Source of the DNA: Sulfolobaceae archaeon
Lineage (GTDB): Archaea; Thermoproteota; Thermoprotei_A; Sulfolobales; Sulfolobaceae
Assembly: GCA_038893355.1 (NCBI GenBank)
Contig: JAWARQ010000004.1
Span: forward strand, 32,001 to 96,000
Direction of reading: 5' to 3'
Length of the DNA stretch: 64,000 nucleotides
Position 1 is the stretch's first letter, and every line of letters begins with the position of its first letter. The notes under the pieces were generated by a model. That model was not told the origin of the DNA, did no database searches, and saw only the letters and a list, made by a program, of their open reading frames with translations. Below, one piece after another: positions 31,116 to 40,703 of this stretch. Made by a program: the position numbers and the translations under genes.

Positions 31116-31681
31116 AACTTTGCATTAATGACTATAACGCCTCCAGGGGAAGCTGTTGCAGAAGAGATTTTGAATCCGTAACTTTCTAGCACATTAATTG
31201 CTACTTCTTTTGCACATGTAGTAGATTCCAGACTAAATCCAGTACCAGTTATTCTCATCTCAATTTCATCATTACCCCTTTTCCTAACAGCTATTTCATT
31301 TATCGGTAATATTGACCGCATTGTATTGTAAAGTAATAGAATTTCTTCGAGAGTATTTGCCTTTGTTTTAAGGTATAAGGCTAATTGCCTACCAGTAGAT
31401 TTACATAATTCAATAAATTCCTTTTCATTATTTTTATATGCTAATCTGGATAGATTATCGAGAAACCATGAAGTAACTGGTACTAGATCTAATCCCTTTG
31501 ATAGTAGATAGAATTCTATTAAACTCTCGAGTGAAGAGACATCTTCACCTTCCTTTAGCAGTCTTGCTAATGACTTTAATGCTGTATTCGTCAAAGAATA
31601 TAGAGTATAACCTCTCTTTTTAGCTTCCTTCTCTAATTCATCAACTATTACCCCATCTGCTGCAATGTTAACTCTTGGCAT
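31094..31681 (-). CDS. Hypothetical protein, RHH-like N-terminus plus V4R-like ligand domain (putative regulator)
   Basis: MPRVNIAAD...ELEKEAKKRGYTL beta-alpha-alpha pattern. Confidence 0.6.
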   Translation of the reverse strand: MPRVNIAADGVIVDELEKEAKKRGYTLYSLTNTALKSLARLLKEGEDVSSLESLIEFYLLSKGLDLVPVTSWFLDNLSRLAYKNNEKEFIELCKSTGRQLALYLKTKANTLEEILLLYNTMRSILPINEIAVRKRGNDEIEMRITGTGFSLESTTCAKEVAINVLESYGFKISSATASPGGVIVINAKFYGVEKA

Positions 31682-31978
31682 ATAATCCTCAAGAGAAAAG
31701 TAATGTATCAAAAATTTTAATATTTATCGTTTTAGGTTTAAGGGAATATAATAAGAAGGTTTGTTAATGAGCGAAATATAGTTCTATTAACACATCAAAT
31801 AAAATAAATACTATTAATAGAATTATAAATGTACCTATATACCAGTTTTCTTTAAATAAAATTTTAAGCAGTCCAGAGTTTTTTCTCATATTATTTCTTT
31901 TTCTTTAAATCCTATTAAAACCTTTCCTGCCTACTTGAAAGACAATTATTTAAAGTAATAATTAAATATCTCTTTTAA

Positions 31979-32845
31979 TTATATTAAATCAATATTTTTA
32001 ACCTTAGGCAATATGGCTTTTTCTTCAGTTACTCTATAAAAGAATCTTAAAGCTTCTTCTACTTTCTCTAATGGTAACCCATATTCCTCTATATCAACGA
32101 GTATAGTCCTTCTCACTATTTCTTCATCTATTTTCTCTCCATGTGCCTCTCTCATTAGTTCTATATCTTTTGGTATTATTTCTTCAATATTTTTTTCTGC
32201 GTATTTTTTACTTTTTAAATAGAACTCTTTAAATTTAATTGCTATCTCTTTTCCAAGATCTTTACTTACCACAACCATTCCCATTGGCATCGGTAGCCCA
32301 TTAGATAAATTTTTCCACATTTCCCACATGCTCCCTATTTTAATTGCGTTAATACCTAATTTCTTTAACGCATACATAGCCTTTATTTCATGAACCGCTA
32401 TCAATATATCACCTTCTCTTCCCAGCGCTTTATATTCATCTAATATCTTTCTTACTATTACTAATCTTCCATATTTCCCGAAGAATAATTTATACAGGGT
32501 AAATGCAGTAGTGTTCTGACCATGAACGATTAATCTTGATCTCCTTATTTCATCATATGACATTTCTTTTAAAGCTAAAATTGGCATTCCAGTAATTCCA
32601 TCTATAGCACATGCTACCGCATTACCTAAAATATAGTAGTCATCTTGAATGTATGGATACATAGCTACTGAAGGTACTGATACATCTACTTCTTTTTTAA
32701 GTACTCTCTCATTAACCTCTTGTACGGTTGGTATTATTTCAATTTCTACATTAAAACCTTCCGGTTTTACCTTACCTTCAATTATAGGTATAAAAGGATA
32801 GAGATCTCCTGAATCTGCTAATGCTCCTATTTTTATTGTAACCAT
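31979..32845 (-). CDS. MqnA/MqnD/SBP-family protein
   Basis: DSGDLYPF, HGQNTTA, VHE, LPMPMG. Confidence 0.75.
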   Translation of the reverse strand: MVTIKIGALADSGDLYPFIPIIEGKVKPEGFNVEIEIIPTVQEVNERVLKKEVDVSVPSVAMYPYIQDDYYILGNAVACAIDGITGMPILALKEMSYDEIRRSRLIVHGQNTTAFTLYKLFFGKYGRLVIVRKILDEYKALGREGDILIAVHEIKAMYALKKLGINAIKIGSMWEMWKNLSNGLPMPMGMVVVSKDLGKEIAIKFKEFYLKSKKYAEKNIEEIIPKDIELMREAHGEKIDEEIVRRTILVDIEEYGLPLEKVEEALRFFYRVTEEKAILPKVKNIDLI

Positions 32846-33056
32846 GAAGTAATATAATAATCTCATGCTTATTAAGGCATTATATGTATAAAGATCAGAT
32901 TCGAGATGGATAACTAAAATACATTAGATATTCGTTATAAACTATTTGTATAACAACGATATTCCAAAATTCCTAAAACAGTTATTAACATAATTTTAAA
33001 CTACTTTAAGTACGATATGCTGTAACCTTTTAAATTAACTTATCTACATTATTCTC

Positions 33057-33770
33057 GTGGATATAAAATTAATTTACTCAACAGCAGACCCGGTAGGGAT
33101 TACTATACATAAATTGAAATATAAGGAACTAGAGCCTATTGATGAAGACGTTGTCGATTTCAGATACGAAAAGGGTAATGCAATAGTTATGTTATGTAGG
33201 CATGAAAGTAAGAATAAGGTTCCTGCTATAACACTACATTTCCCTGGAAATCCTACCTCGAGTATACTAGGTGGAGAACCTAAAAAACTTGGTATAGCAT
33301 ACCCATCTCTATTGTCTTCAATATATAGAGAATTATTGAAAGTAGATTTTAATATACAAATAATACTAGAAGCAACTCATCATGGGCCTACGTACCAGAA
33401 CGTACCTATACTCTTTGTAGAAATTGGCAGTAGTTATGAATATTGGACGAATGAAAGTCTAGTTTCAAAGTTTGTAAATGCTGTAATAAAGGGTGTTAAT
33501 AATCTTGAAGAGGTAGAATGTAATAGTAAGATAGCAGGATTTGGTGGGCCTCATTATGCACAGTATTTTACTAAACTTGCGAGGGAAAATTGTATAGGTC
33601 ATATTATATCTAAGCATTATCTTAAAGAATTAGAGGACTATGTAGTATTTGAGGTCGTAAATAAAAGTATAGAAAATATAGATACTGTAGTCTTTGATAA
33701 TGTTAATTTAGAGATAAGGAAGAGAATTTTAAGATTATTACCCGAAAATATAATTATTAAGAGTAGATAG
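33057..33770 (+). CDS. dtdA: D-aminoacyl-tRNA deacylase (DTD2)
   Basis: RHES, LHFPGN, EATHHGP, FVEIGS, FGGPHY. Confidence 0.92.
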   Translation: MDIKLIYSTADPVGITIHKLKYKELEPIDEDVVDFRYEKGNAIVMLCRHESKNKVPAITLHFPGNPTSSILGGEPKKLGIAYPSLLSSIYRELLKVDFNIQIILEATHHGPTYQNVPILFVEIGSSYEYWTNESLVSKFVNAVIKGVNNLEEVECNSKIAGFGGPHYAQYFTKLARENCIGHIISKHYLKELEDYVVFEVVNKSIENIDTVVFDNVNLEIRKRILRLLPENIIIKSR

Positions 33771-34367
33771 TATTGAGTTAGTTATTAATGGAGATCCTAT
33801 AGAGAGTAATTTGCATGTAGTATTACATATAGCAATAGTCATGCTTGCATTAGGTATACATAGTCCCCATGCTTCTATATCATCAAGGTTTAGTATATTA
33901 GCCACGAATGCTCTTATTGGATCATAATGACTTACTGCGATGATAACTTTTTTATCGCCCTTTACTACGGCTTCTACGAAATCAGAAATTCTTCTTCTTA
34001 TTTCTTCCCAACTTTCAATATCTTTTATATCAATTTCTCTCTTATATAATTTAATTTTCCAATGCTCGTTTATATCAATTTTCTGATTATTTAAACTTCC
34101 TAATCGACGTTCTCTTAACCTTTCATCTATAATAGGTGTTAAGCCTAATTCATTCCCTATTATTGTTGCGGTTTGATATGCTCTAAGTATAGGACTGGTA
34201 TATAGATAATTAATCCTTATTTTTCTTATCTTTTTCAATTCTTCTGCAACCCTCTTTACTTGCTCTCTTCCTTCACTTGTGAGTGGATATTTATCTATAT
34301 CATGTGATAGTACTTTCTCCACATTATTATAACTTTGGCCATGCCGAATAAATATAAGAACACTCAT
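33738..34367 (-). CDS. Histidine phosphatase / cofactor-dependent phosphoglycerate mutase
   Basis: RHGQS, SPILRAYQT, VSH. Confidence 0.88.
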   Translation of the reverse strand: MSVLIFIRHGQSYNNVEKVLSHDIDKYPLTSEGREQVKRVAEELKKIRKIRINYLYTSPILRAYQTATIIGNELGLTPIIDERLRERRLGSLNNQKIDINEHWKIKLYKREIDIKDIESWEEIRRRISDFVEAVVKGDKKVIIAVSHYDPIRAFVANILNLDDIEAWGLCIPNASMTIAICNTTCKLLSIGSPLITNSILSTLNNYIFG

Positions 34368-34516
34368 GGGAGTATATTATTTGCAACTAGCTAATAAAAA
34401 CTTCTTGTCATTTAATAATTAGTAAATTATTGTTATTATTATTATTTGTCAATAAAATTATCTTACAGTCATTCTAACATAAGTTTTTAATATATGGAAG
34501 GTCATATACTGTATAT

Positions 34517-34870
34517 ATGATAATATTTTATGCCGTGGGTGAAAAGGAAAGGGCTAAAGAGTTAGTTAGGTTAGTAACGAAAACTAGATGGAAGACAGTT
34601 TCTAAGCATGCTATAAAAATAGCTTCCTCATCAATAGGCCCTACGGTAATAGTGTTTAAACCAACTAAGGCCTCTTTAGCTATAGCATTTTGGTTAAAAG
34701 CTAAGGCCGAGGAATTAGGAATGATAGCATCCGTAGGATGGTTCCTCCCAATTACGGAAATCCCTCCTGATGTAAAGGACGCAGTAATAACGGATCTTAA
34801 TAAACTTCTGATGAGGAGACTTGAGACACCTTGGGCACCACAACTTTTTCAACAGTCTCGTCACTCTTAG
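34517..34870 (+). CDS. Hypothetical protein
   Basis: Leaderless-type ATG after TTTTTAATATA; protein-like composition. Confidence 0.75.
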   Translation: MIIFYAVGEKERAKELVRLVTKTRWKTVSKHAIKIASSSIGPTVIVFKPTKASLAIAFWLKAKAEELGMIASVGWFLPITEIPPDVKDAVITDLNKLLMRRLETPWAPQLFQQSRHS

Positions 34871-36560
34871 TTATTATAATATACTCAGTCATTGAGTTTA
34901 ATATTTTTACTAATTTATCAAATCTAATTGGATCGAAAGTCATAAAACTTTCATCAACTATGAAGAATGGTATTGACGTATAATAGGCTTTTAATGCAGC
35001 AAGTATTAGAATTAACGCTATTGAGATTTTTTCTGAAGTTGCAAGTTTTCGTATTTCTAACTCTACATTATTTCTGTATACTCTTATCTTATTATTACTA
35101 TCTATTTCTACATTTAGATCAAAATCCAGCTCTTTTAAAATAATTTTAGATAGTCTTGTAAATTCTTCTCTAACAGAAGTAAGTCTTCTAATGTACTCTT
35201 TTTGGAGTTTTTCAGCCTCTTCTTCTAGGCTTTCAATTTCCCTTTTCTTCATGCTAATTTTTTCTAATATAGAAGTCGGCATGCCAAGCATTTGTAATTC
35301 ATATATATACTTATCTCTTGCAGCCCTTAACTCTTCTATCTTCTTAGTAATTACATCTTTCTGCATTTCGAAGCTAATTAAAGAATCAGATCTGCTAAAT
35401 CTTTCTTCCATTTCTCTTTTTTGGCGTTCTAGATCTCCTATCTGATACTTTAAAAGTTCAATCTTCTGTAATAACTCTTCTCTTTTACTTCTTAGTTTTG
35501 AAAGTTCACTCTGACTTTGTTCTAAATCTTTTAAGAGTTGTTCTATCTGTGTTTTTCTGGACTGCAATTCATAGATTTCTTTTGATATTTTATCATAATT
35601 GCCTTGTTTGATTCTTAACTCTTCTGTTATTTTTTCAATTCTTAATTTCCATATTGAAGGGTCTACAGTATTTCCGCATAAATAACAAGTTGTTGAATGT
35701 ACTTTATCAGCCTCTTTAAGATCTTCTAGTATCCTCTCTAATAATTTTGTCTCTACTTCTAGTGAATTTCTGTCTTTTGTTAGTACTTGTAGTGTAGAGT
35801 TTATCTTTTCAATTTCATTAAGAAGTGAATCTTTATTTATACTGGAGATTTTACTTTCTAAATTTTCTATTTCTTTATTTATTTTTTCAAGTCTTTTCTC
35901 AGTTTCTGTTAGTTCTTCTCTTTTTAGTTCTATTTTTTCTCTTAGCTCATCTAATCTATTCTTTCTAGTTGTTAGTAAAGTAGTATCAACTTTGTTTAAT
36001 AAATTAATACTTTCACTTTCTTTTTCTAATCTCTCTAACTGCTCATCTAATATTCTAATTTTTTCTTGAATCTCTAATACTTCCCTATACTCTTTTTCTA
36101 ATCTTTCTAAATCTTGCTTTGAAATTTGAAGTCTCTGTTCAATTTCATCTTTCTTCTTTTTTAACTCTTGTATCTTTGAAACTGAGGATATAAACCATTC
36201 TATATCACTATTATTTCCAATAATATGATTAACTAATCTATTCTCTGGGGAGAAGTATATTATTAAAGGATAAACTTCATCTTCTACTATCAATTTCTTA
36301 TCTTCTACTATCTTATTCTTAACTCTTCTAATCCTTCTATAATATTCCTTTCCATCAATTTTAACTTCAACATATCCTTCATCTGAAAATACATTTAACA
36401 AATCTTCTGCCTTAATGGATGATGTTAATAACGATACTAATGCTCTAGCTAGTGAAGTCTTACCGTAGGCATTTGGTGCTTTATATATTGTTACGGATTT
36501 TGGAATTTCTAACTCAAGCTCTTGTCTAATCCCACCTATATTATATACTCTTACTTTCAT
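34797..36560 (-). CDS. clsN: Archaea-specific SMC-related protein, coalescin (ClsN)-like
   Basis: Walker A APNAYGKTS, coiled coils, CYLCG hook, degenerate signature LATSEK, Walker B FFIVDE. Confidence 0.75.
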   Translation of the reverse strand: MKVRVYNIGGIRQELELEIPKSVTIYKAPNAYGKTSLARALVSLLTSSIKAEDLLNVFSDEGYVEVKIDGKEYYRRIRRVKNKIVEDKKLIVEDEVYPLIIYFSPENRLVNHIIGNNSDIEWFISSVSKIQELKKKKDEIEQRLQISKQDLERLEKEYREVLEIQEKIRILDEQLERLEKESESINLLNKVDTTLLTTRKNRLDELREKIELKREELTETEKRLEKINKEIENLESKISSINKDSLLNEIEKINSTLQVLTKDRNSLEVETKLLERILEDLKEADKVHSTTCYLCGNTVDPSIWKLRIEKITEELRIKQGNYDKISKEIYELQSRKTQIEQLLKDLEQSQSELSKLRSKREELLQKIELLKYQIGDLERQKREMEERFSRSDSLISFEMQKDVITKKIEELRAARDKYIYELQMLGMPTSILEKISMKKREIESLEEEAEKLQKEYIRRLTSVREEFTRLSKIILKELDFDLNVEIDSNNKIRVYRNNVELEIRKLATSEKISIALILILAALKAYYTSIPFFIVDESFMTFDPIRFDKLVKILNSMTEYIIITKSDETVEKVVVPKVSQVSSSEVY

Positions 36561-36706
36561 TACAATTGACCTTTTTCTTATCAGCTAAAAAATCTTTCTA
36601 TGAATTTTCCAATTATCTTATTTTATTCTTAAATATATTAATTAACTTGATATCTAATTATATAGTCTCACATTGATTTTATAATCACGTTTTAGAATGA
36701 ATTATT

Positions 36707-36841
36707 ATGTCAAAAATAGATTTCGAAGAAGTCCTAAAAAGATTAAAGGCTCTAGAGGAGAGAGTAGATGAGTTAGAAGAGGAAATTGAAAGATTAAAGG
36801 AAGAACTTGAGGAGTTAAAAGAGGAGAGGGATAGTGAATAG
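36707..36841 (+). CDS. 44-aa acidic coiled-coil microprotein (not in ORF track)
   Basis: [44 protein letters not shown]; TTTTATAA at 36677-36684; stop overlaps next GTG start. Confidence 0.75.
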   Translation: MSKIDFEEVLKRLKALEERVDELEEEIERLKEELEELKEERDSE

Positions 36842-37748
36842 ACCGGTGATTATAGATTCTGACACTGCAACTGATGATACTATAGCTATTTTCTTAGCTT
36901 CAAGGTTATTCAGGCTTTTGGGTATAACAATTGTAGCTGGGAACGTTCCTTATGAATTCGAATTGAGAAATGCACTATTTACAGTAGAATACTTTAATAT
37001 CAAGACTGAAGTATATCCGGGTGCAAGAAGACCTATTTTGGGGAAATGGAGATATGCTACTGAGGTTCATGGAGATGATGGCTTAAGTGGTTGGGAAGTA
37101 ACTCCAAAGATCTCATATACTAATAAATATGCACCAAAAGCCATAATTGATTTATCAAGAGAATATAGTGGTAGTTTGGAGATTCTTGCAATATCTCCTT
37201 TAACAAACTTAGCTTTAGCATTCTTAGAAGATCCTGAGATTGTAGATAGGATTAAAAGGGTTTGGATAATGGGAGGCGCATTGTATAGAGGTAATGTAGA
37301 GTTTATATCAGAATATAATTTTTGGGTGGATCCAGAGGCAGCTAATATAGTAATTTCAGCAGGTTTTAATACTGTAATAGTACCATGGGAAGTTGCTGAA
37401 AAATATGCAGTAATAACCATTGATGATTGGGAAAGAATTAAAAAATTAGAAACTAAGGCATCAAAATTTTTTATAAATGCCAATAAGAGGCTATTAGAAT
37501 ATTCGGTTAAGGTTCAAGGTGCTAATGGGAGTATTCACCCTGATTCTTTAACAGTAATAATAGCAGCATTCCCTGATATTATAAAGAGAAGTGTTAAGAG
37601 AAAGGTTGTGATAGAAACTTGTGGAATTGGAAGGGGTGGTATGTTTATAAACTGGTATGAAGCTTCAAATCAAAATTTAGAGATAGTTTTAGATGTTGAT
37701 GGTAATAAATTTAAGGAGCTGATTTTTGAATATCTTTCCTCATACTAG
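36834..37748 (+). CDS. Nucleoside hydrolase (IU-NH family)
   Basis: [39 protein letters not shown]. Confidence 0.93.
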   Translation: MNRPVIIDSDTATDDTIAIFLASRLFRLLGITIVAGNVPYEFELRNALFTVEYFNIKTEVYPGARRPILGKWRYATEVHGDDGLSGWEVTPKISYTNKYAPKAIIDLSREYSGSLEILAISPLTNLALAFLEDPEIVDRIKRVWIMGGALYRGNVEFISEYNFWVDPEAANIVISAGFNTVIVPWEVAEKYAVITIDDWERIKKLETKASKFFINANKRLLEYSVKVQGANGSIHPDSLTVIIAAFPDIIKRSVKRKVVIETCGIGRGGMFINWYEASNQNLEIVLDVDGNKFKELIFEYLSSY

Positions 37749-38133
37749 AACATTCTGCATATGCAACTATATTCATACTTTTTACTTCTATACCCTTTTT
37801 CCTTATCTCATTATATATTTCATTTAACTCAACATCCACATCAATTATTTCTTCAGTATCTATACAATAAACGTTAACATGTGGAACCTTTCTCATTTCA
37901 TACCAAGTAACACCGTTAAGTTCAAAGGAATTTATTATCCCTGCCTTTTTCAATGTCTCTAGGGTATTGTAAACCGTAGATAAGCTAATACTTGGTTCTT
38001 CTTTTTTTAATATTTCATAAATTTGTTCTCCACTGTAATGTCCTCCCTTACTTAATAGCCTGAGTACAGCTAATCTTTGTGGTGTTACTTTAAGTCCATT
38101 TTGCTTTAGGACATTTACTAATTCTTCAATCAT
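37711..38133 (-). CDS. Fur-family transcriptional regulator
   Basis: [22 protein letters not shown]. Confidence 0.92.
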   Translation of the reverse strand: MIEELVNVLKQNGLKVTPQRLAVLRLLSKGGHYSGEQIYEILKKEEPSISLSTVYNTLETLKKAGIINSFELNGVTWYEMRKVPHVNVYCIDTEEIIDVDVELNEIYNEIRKKGIEVKSMNIVAYAECSSMRKDIQKSAP

Positions 38134-38386
38134 CGAGTAACTATTAACACGGAAGAATTTAAAATTACTTTCTCCTCACTACTTCGGGTAATAACGAAAA
38201 AAGATTTTAGTAGTTTTTTTCCTTTAATATTAATATAAATTAGATTATAATAATTTATCACAAAAATACAACTCATTAATAAAAACTCGTATCCATAGTT
38301 AACTTTTTCCTCTCCCCTTATTAGTTTAAATCTTAAAAGTTTTTTAATAATTAGTTAATAAGTTTCAGTGAATTACAATAATAATA

Positions 38387-38875
38387 ATGGCAGAAAGTGC
38401 TAGAGAACTTATAATCTCAGCAGCACTCTCAACTAGGATTAAGAAATTTGATGAAATTGAGTTAGAGGGTAGAAGGCGCAGAAATAATTGTGCATATTTT
38501 GACGGTAAATCATGTTGCAAGTTTAAGCTACCGAGTAAGAACACATTATTAGCAAGCTGGGTTTATGATAATCATTTTATTCCACATCCAGTTCTTTGCT
38601 TTATTTGTCCCTATTATTCGATAAAGAAAGAGGGAGGTAATGAGAATAATAAGGTTACTTTAGATATTATAGAATTCTACTCATATTATTCTTCCATAAA
38701 AGATAAGTTAGAGAGAGAGGTTAATATACTAAGTTCAAGAGTAAGTGACTTTATTTTAGGAGGGTCAATATTATTTAGAAGGCGTAGAGAAGAGATTTTA
38801 ATATATTTAGAAGACATTAAACGAAAACTTGAGATTTTGAAGGAATTAATAGTATTTGAACAAACTTTAAAATAG
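38387..38875 (+). CDS. Hypothetical Cys-rich protein with C-terminal coiled coil
   Basis: CAYFDGKSCC...CFICPYY. Confidence 0.75.
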   Translation: MAESARELIISAALSTRIKKFDEIELEGRRRRNNCAYFDGKSCCKFKLPSKNTLLASWVYDNHFIPHPVLCFICPYYSIKKEGGNENNKVTLDIIEFYSYYSSIKDKLEREVNILSSRVSDFILGGSILFRRRREEILIYLEDIKRKLEILKELIVFEQTLK

Positions 38876-38899
38876 CAGTATTTCTAACCAATTTATAGA

Positions 38900-39736
38900 A
38901 TGAGACAAGTATTAATTTGCTTTTGGACAGTTACAGTTATATTATTTATCTCTTTTCTATTTTATAATAGTATTACAATATTCGGAGAATTTATCCATTC
39001 TATAATTGATGCAATAACGGTAAGCTTTGGTTACTTCGCTTATAGAATTTCAAAATACTCAAGTCACGTATATACTTATGGCTTACACAGATTGGAAGTA
39101 TTTTCGGCGATAGTTAATTCTATTGCGATTATTGGTGCGATGTTATTTATAACCTTTGACATAATCTATAAATTAATATTTCCATTTAATACTACGAATG
39201 GATTATTTATAGCATTAGTATCTTTTGTTTCTTTAATTATATTTTTGCCAGTTATTAAAGATAAAGAGGTTATTATAAGGGGCAAAAGTAATATTAATAT
39301 TAGAAGTATTTTTATTCATACACTTTCTGATATTATCCAATTTATAATAGGTGGTATAATTGGGCTTTTAATTGTCTTTCTAGGTCTGGAATACTTAGAT
39401 ATAATAGGTGGTGCTATAATAGCTGTTATTTCCCTATATTTTGTAATGCCATTATTAAGAGAGTCTTTTTTAATTTTAATGGAAGGGTCTCCCGTGGAGT
39501 TAGAGAAGGTTGAAACTGAACTTAGTAAAGTTGCAAAAGTTCATCATATTCACGTATGGTCAATATGTTCAGAAATAAAAGTTGCAACGTTGCATGTAGA
39601 AGCATCTCCCGAAGCAAGACTTAAAGATCTAGAAGTAGTAAGAGCAAAAATAGAGGATATATTACGAGAGAAATTTGGTATAAACCATACTACAATACAA
39701 TTTGAAGTCAACTCAACTGATCAGGCCACCAGTTAA
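38900..39736 (+). CDS. Cation diffusion facilitator (CzcD-like)
   Basis: HSIID, YTYGLHRLE, HTLSD, HHIHVW, HTTIQFE. Confidence 0.92.
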   Translation: MRQVLICFWTVTVILFISFLFYNSITIFGEFIHSIIDAITVSFGYFAYRISKYSSHVYTYGLHRLEVFSAIVNSIAIIGAMLFITFDIIYKLIFPFNTTNGLFIALVSFVSLIIFLPVIKDKEVIIRGKSNINIRSIFIHTLSDIIQFIIGGIIGLLIVFLGLEYLDIIGGAIIAVISLYFVMPLLRESFLILMEGSPVELEKVETELSKVAKVHHIHVWSICSEIKVATLHVEASPEARLKDLEVVRAKIEDILREKFGINHTTIQFEVNSTDQATS

Positions 39737-40703
39737 CTATCCGCTTTTGGTTTAAGCCTAAAATTTCAATTATTCTTCTCTTATCCTTACTACTTACTTT
39801 AACATCAGAATGCACCTTAAGAAGTGGGAAAGGATAACCTCTGATACTAATTGGCAATAGGGCATTTATAATCTCCTCTATGAATTTCTCGTCCTTCTTT
39901 CCAAATATATCAAGCCTTAATACTTTTTCATTAGAAGCTAACCTAACATAAGTAGTAGTTATATTAAATTTTTCATTATCTATTCTAATTTCACTTATTT
40001 TCGGGACAGTATATCCAATGGAATTTGTAAATGTCTCTAATATTACTATATCTGGTATTGAAAGGTTAAATAATTTGGTAGACCTGCTTATCTTAGAAAT
40101 CCATAAGATTTTATCACCAAATTTAGTTACTGCTTTTTTAATTAATTTCAATTTTTCATTTAATATTAATATTCTTATTTCTTCTTCATCGTCAACTAAC
40201 ATCTCTGAGAGTAGAGTATATACATCGTTACCCTTGTTTTCCTCATTTGAAGATATGTCTATAGACGTCTTCTCAATCTTTTTAAAGGGACTACCATCCA
40301 TTAGTATATAATCAATATTGTTTTCCTCTTTACTACTACACTCCGTCATCATTCTAATTTCTAGAAAACTCATTATTTCTCTTACAAGTTCTTTTCCATG
40401 ATTTCCAGGCCTTAATATTCCTACTATAGAATCTTTTAGTATAGGCTTCATATTATTACCTGAATAGAATAATGCTTCGGCATTAACTACATAAAGTAAT
40501 CCTACTCTCAAATCTTTGCTATACATTCCACCATCTATTGCAATATATCCCTTCTTAAGGACGGGTTTCGTTAAATTTAACTCAATCCAATTTTCTTTTA
40601 TTTTTTCCCTTAATTCTTGTCTTAACATTAAATCGTATTTATTTATTTTTTCCCTTAATTTTATATATTTATTTATTATCTTAGTATAAACTTCTTCAAT
40701 CAT
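39708..40703 (-). CDS. nurA: DNA double-strand break repair nuclease NurA
   Basis: AIDGG, LMDGS, ISK, GYPFPLLKVH; operon context. Confidence 0.92.
   Translation of the reverse strand: MIEEVYTKIINKYIKLREKINKYDLMLRQELREKIKENWIELNLTKPVLKKGYIAIDGGMYSKDLRVGLLYVVNAEALFYSGNNMKPILKDSIVGILRPGNHGKELVREIMSFLEIRMMTECSSKEENNIDYILMDGSPFKKIEKTSIDISSNEENKGNDVYTLLSEMLVDDEEEIRILILNEKLKLIKKAVTKFGDKILWISKISRSTKLFNLSIPDIVILETFTNSIGYTVPKISEIRIDNEKFNITTTYVRLASNEKVLRLDIFGKKDEKFIEEIINALLPISIRGYPFPLLKVHSDVKVSSKDKRRIIEILGLNQKRIVNWWPDQLS

Noticed and set aside
38236-38262. Fur/PerR box (ATTATAATAATTTAT)
   Set aside because: Indistinguishable from the AT-rich background without comparative data
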